Source of the DNA: a virus
Taxonomy: Duplodnaviria; Caudoviricetes
Strand: one strand, 5' to 3'
Virus record (IMG/VR): IMGVR_UViG_3300032373_000091
Coordinates: 1-27,541 of that record
Length of the DNA: 27,541 bases
Part shown: positions 25,020 through 27,541 of the stretch, in pieces
Numbering within the stretch: position 1 is the first letter of the stretch
How the letters are laid out: every line of letters begins with the position of its first letter
The notes under the pieces: model-generated
What the model was told of the DNA's origin: nothing
Seen by the model: the letters and a program-made list of their open reading frames with translations, nothing else
Databases searched by the model: none
Position numbers and translations under genes: made by a program

Positions 25020-25430
25020 ATGAACCGATACCTTGATTGGGAACATCGACTGAATGACTATCTGGTCACAGTGGGTTCCAGCATAACACCCGGCGCGCAA
25101 GTGGCGTGGGGAAAGATGGACTGCTGCATTTATGTGGCAGGGGCTGTTGAGGCCATCACTGGCACAGACCCGATGGCGGATTTTCGCGGGCGTTACCGAA
25201 CGTCGGCAGGCGCACTGCGGGCACTCAGGAAAATTGGATCAGGTGATTTAAGATCAACGCTTGCCACACGGCTGGGCACAGAAAAACCGCCAGCATCAGC
25301 GATGCGCGGGGATATTGGCTATTCGGACGGGGCGTGTGGGATTGTGATTGGAAAAATCACTCTGTTTCTGGGTGCGGGCGGCGTAGTGCGTTTCCCAACC
25401 CTGAAGTTGGAGTGTGCATACAGTGTCTAA
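25020..25430 (+). CDS. NlpC/P60-like tail assembly protein (DUF6950-like)
   Basis: DWEHRLNDYL...AWGKMDCC..VAGAVEAITG.D...RGRY...RGDI. True start is ATG 25020. Confidence 0.85.
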   Translation: MNRYLDWEHRLNDYLVTVGSSITPGAQVAWGKMDCCIYVAGAVEAITGTDPMADFRGRYRTSAGALRALRKIGSGDLRSTLATRLGTEKPPASAMRGDIGYSDGACGIVIGKITLFLGAGGVVRFPTLKLECAYSV

Positions 25431-27541
25431 AAAGGTATTTGGCACCGTCCTGAAAATTGTTGGTATCGCGGCTCTGGTGATAGGGGTGATCGCCACTGGC
25501 GGCGGCTTGGCCGCCGGACTAGGACTTACCGGCACGCTTGGTGCCACGGCCACGGTAACGATAGCTGGTATTTCTTTAAGTGCAACGATAGGCACCATCC
25601 TGGCAGGTAGTTTGCTGGCTCTAAGCGTAGGCGGTAGCTTGTTGGCTGCCGGTAAAGCCGCAAAGGCCAACAGAACAGCCCGCGCCAATAGCCTGCATGC
25701 CCAAGTGCAGCCGAATACGCCGGCTGTCTGGGTCTTTGGTGAAACAGCCATGCCCTTGCAGGTGGTTTATGCAGAAACCATCGCCGAAAAGCACGTTTTA
25801 CAAATACTGGCAGGGGCCGCCCACCAGATCGAAAGTATGGGCATCCTGTATATTGACGACGAACTGGTCAGTTTCAGTGGCAGTGCGGCCGTGGGGGCGT
25901 GGTCTGGAACCCTGAATAAATATAATCGGCTCGGCACTGAGGTGCAAACAGCGATCTCGGTAAGTGGGGCGGCGTGGCCCAGCACCGCGCGGGGTCGAGG
26001 TTTCCCCCATTTTGCCCTGAATTGGAACCTTGAAGGTGATAAAATAAAGAGCGGCATCCCCAGCCGCTATACGCAGGTGGCAAAAGGCTGCCTGTGTTAT
26101 GACCCCCGCAAGGATGACACAGTTTTGGGCGGCGCGGGCCCCCACAGAAGCGGCGATCAGACAACATGGGCGTTTAGCGAAAATTGGGCGCTGATTGTGC
26201 TTTATTACCTGATTGGCTGGCGCATCAATAGCAAACTGGTGGTGGGCATGGGTATTGCTGCCGCTGACATTGATGTCGCCAGTTTTGTAGCGGCCGCCAA
26301 CATATGTGATGAACTGGTTGACGGCATCCCGCGGTATCATGTTGGCGGTATGATCTATATCGACGGTGGCCATGCGCGGGTTATCGGCGAACTGGAAGCC
26401 ACCATTGGTGGCAAGGTTAGCAAAAGCGGCGGGCTTTATTCCATCTGGGCCCCCGCTAACGACTTGCTGGCGGTGGGCACCATTACCGAAGATGACATTT
26501 TGGCAACGGATGCCATTCAGTATCAGCCATCTGGTGACATTTCAGAATTGTTCAATGTAGCGGGTGGCCAGTTTTTAGATCCGGCAAATTTATATGCATT
26601 TGAAGACTATCCAGAGATAAGCGAAGTCGCCGCAGTAGCAGAAGACGGCCGCGAGCGCTTCATGTCGTTTGATATGCCTTATATTCAAAATGCTGCCCGC
26701 GCGCAGAGAATAGCGCGCCAGCAAGTCCGCCGCTCGCGTTTTTCAGAAAGCTGGACGATACCCGTTTCCTGGCAGTATCTGGATATCAAGGTGTTTGATA
26801 TTGTCAGCCTGAATACCAAAACCACAAATTATAGTGATATACTGGTTCGTGTCACCAACAGGATTGTTACCGCGAACGGCATCATTGTACTGACCCTGCT
26901 GATTGAAGATCCCTCTATCTATGATCTAAGCGATCCGTTGCTTGTTGGGCCTGCCCGGCTTTCACCACCTACCTTTGATCAGGCTTCACCCATAGAATTG
27001 ACCGGGCTTTTGGTTTCGCCCGAAGTGGTTTACGGCACCGCAGGCACTGCCAGTGATGCCTTAAAAGTAACTTGGACTGATCCGGGGCCCCTGGTGGTGC
27101 GGACCGAAGTGGAATACCGGGTTTTTGGTGATATCGACTGGGCCCCGGCACCGCCCAAGGCGCTCGATGTGACATCCACGATTATCCTGCCGCTGCAGGC
27201 TGGCACTGCTTACGAAATCCGGGCGAGGCATATCACCACCTTCGGCGTGCCTGGCGCGTGGATAGTGGGCACCAATACTGTTGGCGTCTTTAGTATTGAC
27301 GCAGATGCCGCTGCCCGGTTGGCTGCACTGGCTATATATGATCTTGATTTTGAAACCGATCCCTTAATTAGCCCGTGGTCATACGGCGATGGCTGGGCGC
27401 GGGAAAACGATCCGGCGCTGAGTGTCAACGGGGCATACGTGGCCGTGCATGATATGGCCAGTGTGATAGGGCCTGTGGGCGGTGTCTCGGTTGCGGGGGC
27501 TGAACCATCTGGTTATCTGAACACCACAGAGTTTCAGCTAG
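25423..27541 (+). CDS. Central tail tip / host-specificity protein (gpJ-like); 3' end outside the window
   Basis: Not in the ORF track. Manual translation from GTG 25423 gives MSKKVFGTVLKIVG..., VFGET, KGCLCYDPRKD...TTWAFSENWAL, AANICDE, and an FN3-like LKVTW...YEIRAR. Confidence 0.9.
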   Translation, partial: MSKKVFGTVLKIVGIAALVIGVIATGGGLAAGLGLTGTLGATATVTIAGISLSATIGTILAGSLLALSVGGSLLAAGKAAKANRTARANSLHAQVQPNTPAVWVFGETAMPLQVVYAETIAEKHVLQILAGAAHQIESMGILYIDDELVSFSGSAAVGAWSGTLNKYNRLGTEVQTAISVSGAAWPSTARGRGFPHFALNWNLEGDKIKSGIPSRYTQVAKGCLCYDPRKDDTVLGGAGPHRSGDQTTWAFSENWALIVLYYLIGWRINSKLVVGMGIAAADIDVASFVAAANICDELVDGIPRYHVGGMIYIDGGHARVIGELEATIGGKVSKSGGLYSIWAPANDLLAVGTITEDDILATDAIQYQPSGDISELFNVAGGQFLDPANLYAFEDYPEISEVAAVAEDGRERFMSFDMPYIQNAARAQRIARQQVRRSRFSESWTIPVSWQYLDIKVFDIVSLNTKTTNYSDILVRVTNRIVTANGIIVLTLLIEDPSIYDLSDPLLVGPARLSPPTFDQASPIELTGLLVSPEVVYGTAGTASDALKVTWTDPGPLVVRTEVEYRVFGDIDWAPAPPKALDVTSTIILPLQAGTAYEIRARHITTFGVPGAWIVGTNTVGVFSIDADAAARLAALAIYDLDFETDPLISPWSYGDGWARENDPALSVNGAYVAVHDMASVIGPVGGVSVAGAEPSGYLNTTEFQL

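Larger units (their letters stand above)
1..27541. mobile_element. Temperate lambda-like siphophage/prophage, partial (both ends outside the window)
   Basis: Contiguous lambdoid gene order: early-left operon, cI/cro switch, replication, late regulator, cos, terminase, portal, protease-capsid, tail. No host housekeeping context is seen. Confidence 0.97.

Noticed and set aside
337-27428. Numerous alternative-frame and antisense ORFs in the track (e.g. 337-525, 1482-1862, 11243-11860, 21702-22313, 25798-26373)
   Set aside because: They are shadows of well-supported genes or regulatory DNA, with no motifs or ribosome-binding sites.
11574-27541. Gene transfer agent (RcGTA-like) cluster
   Set aside because: The tail tube is GTA-like, but the gpA-type terminase, lambda portal, cos-like site, immunity switch and replication genes indicate a true temperate phage.

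Overview
The whole window is a temperate, lambda-like siphophage or prophage, most likely of an alphaproteobacterial host (it carries a GapR homologue and a GTA/TP901-type tail tube). From left to right it contains: (1) a leftward early operon with a truncated beta-clamp gene and gapR; (2) an OL/PL operator; (3) an accessory block of about 3.7 kb; (4) a cI-OR/PR-cro switch; (5) rightward early genes (CII-like, VRR-NUC nuclease, adenine methyltransferase, replication initiator with iterons, late regulator); (6) a cos-like packaging site with lambda-type terminase and portal, a ClpP-capsid fusion and tail genes that run off the right end. The main discovery is the accessory block between OL and cI, where lambda carries rexAB. 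It holds a complete AHL quorum-sensing module: a divergent XRE regulator, luxR, a lux-box-like palindrome, luxI with its RBS inside a 17-bp hairpin, and a coupled 78-aa ORF pointing at cI. This suggests a phage that both makes and senses its own AHL, possibly wired to the lysis-lysogeny switch. A Maf/DUF115-like gene inside the tail operon is a second notable feature. No integrase, att site or lysis cassette is visible. All family calls come from motif recognition by eye, not database searches.
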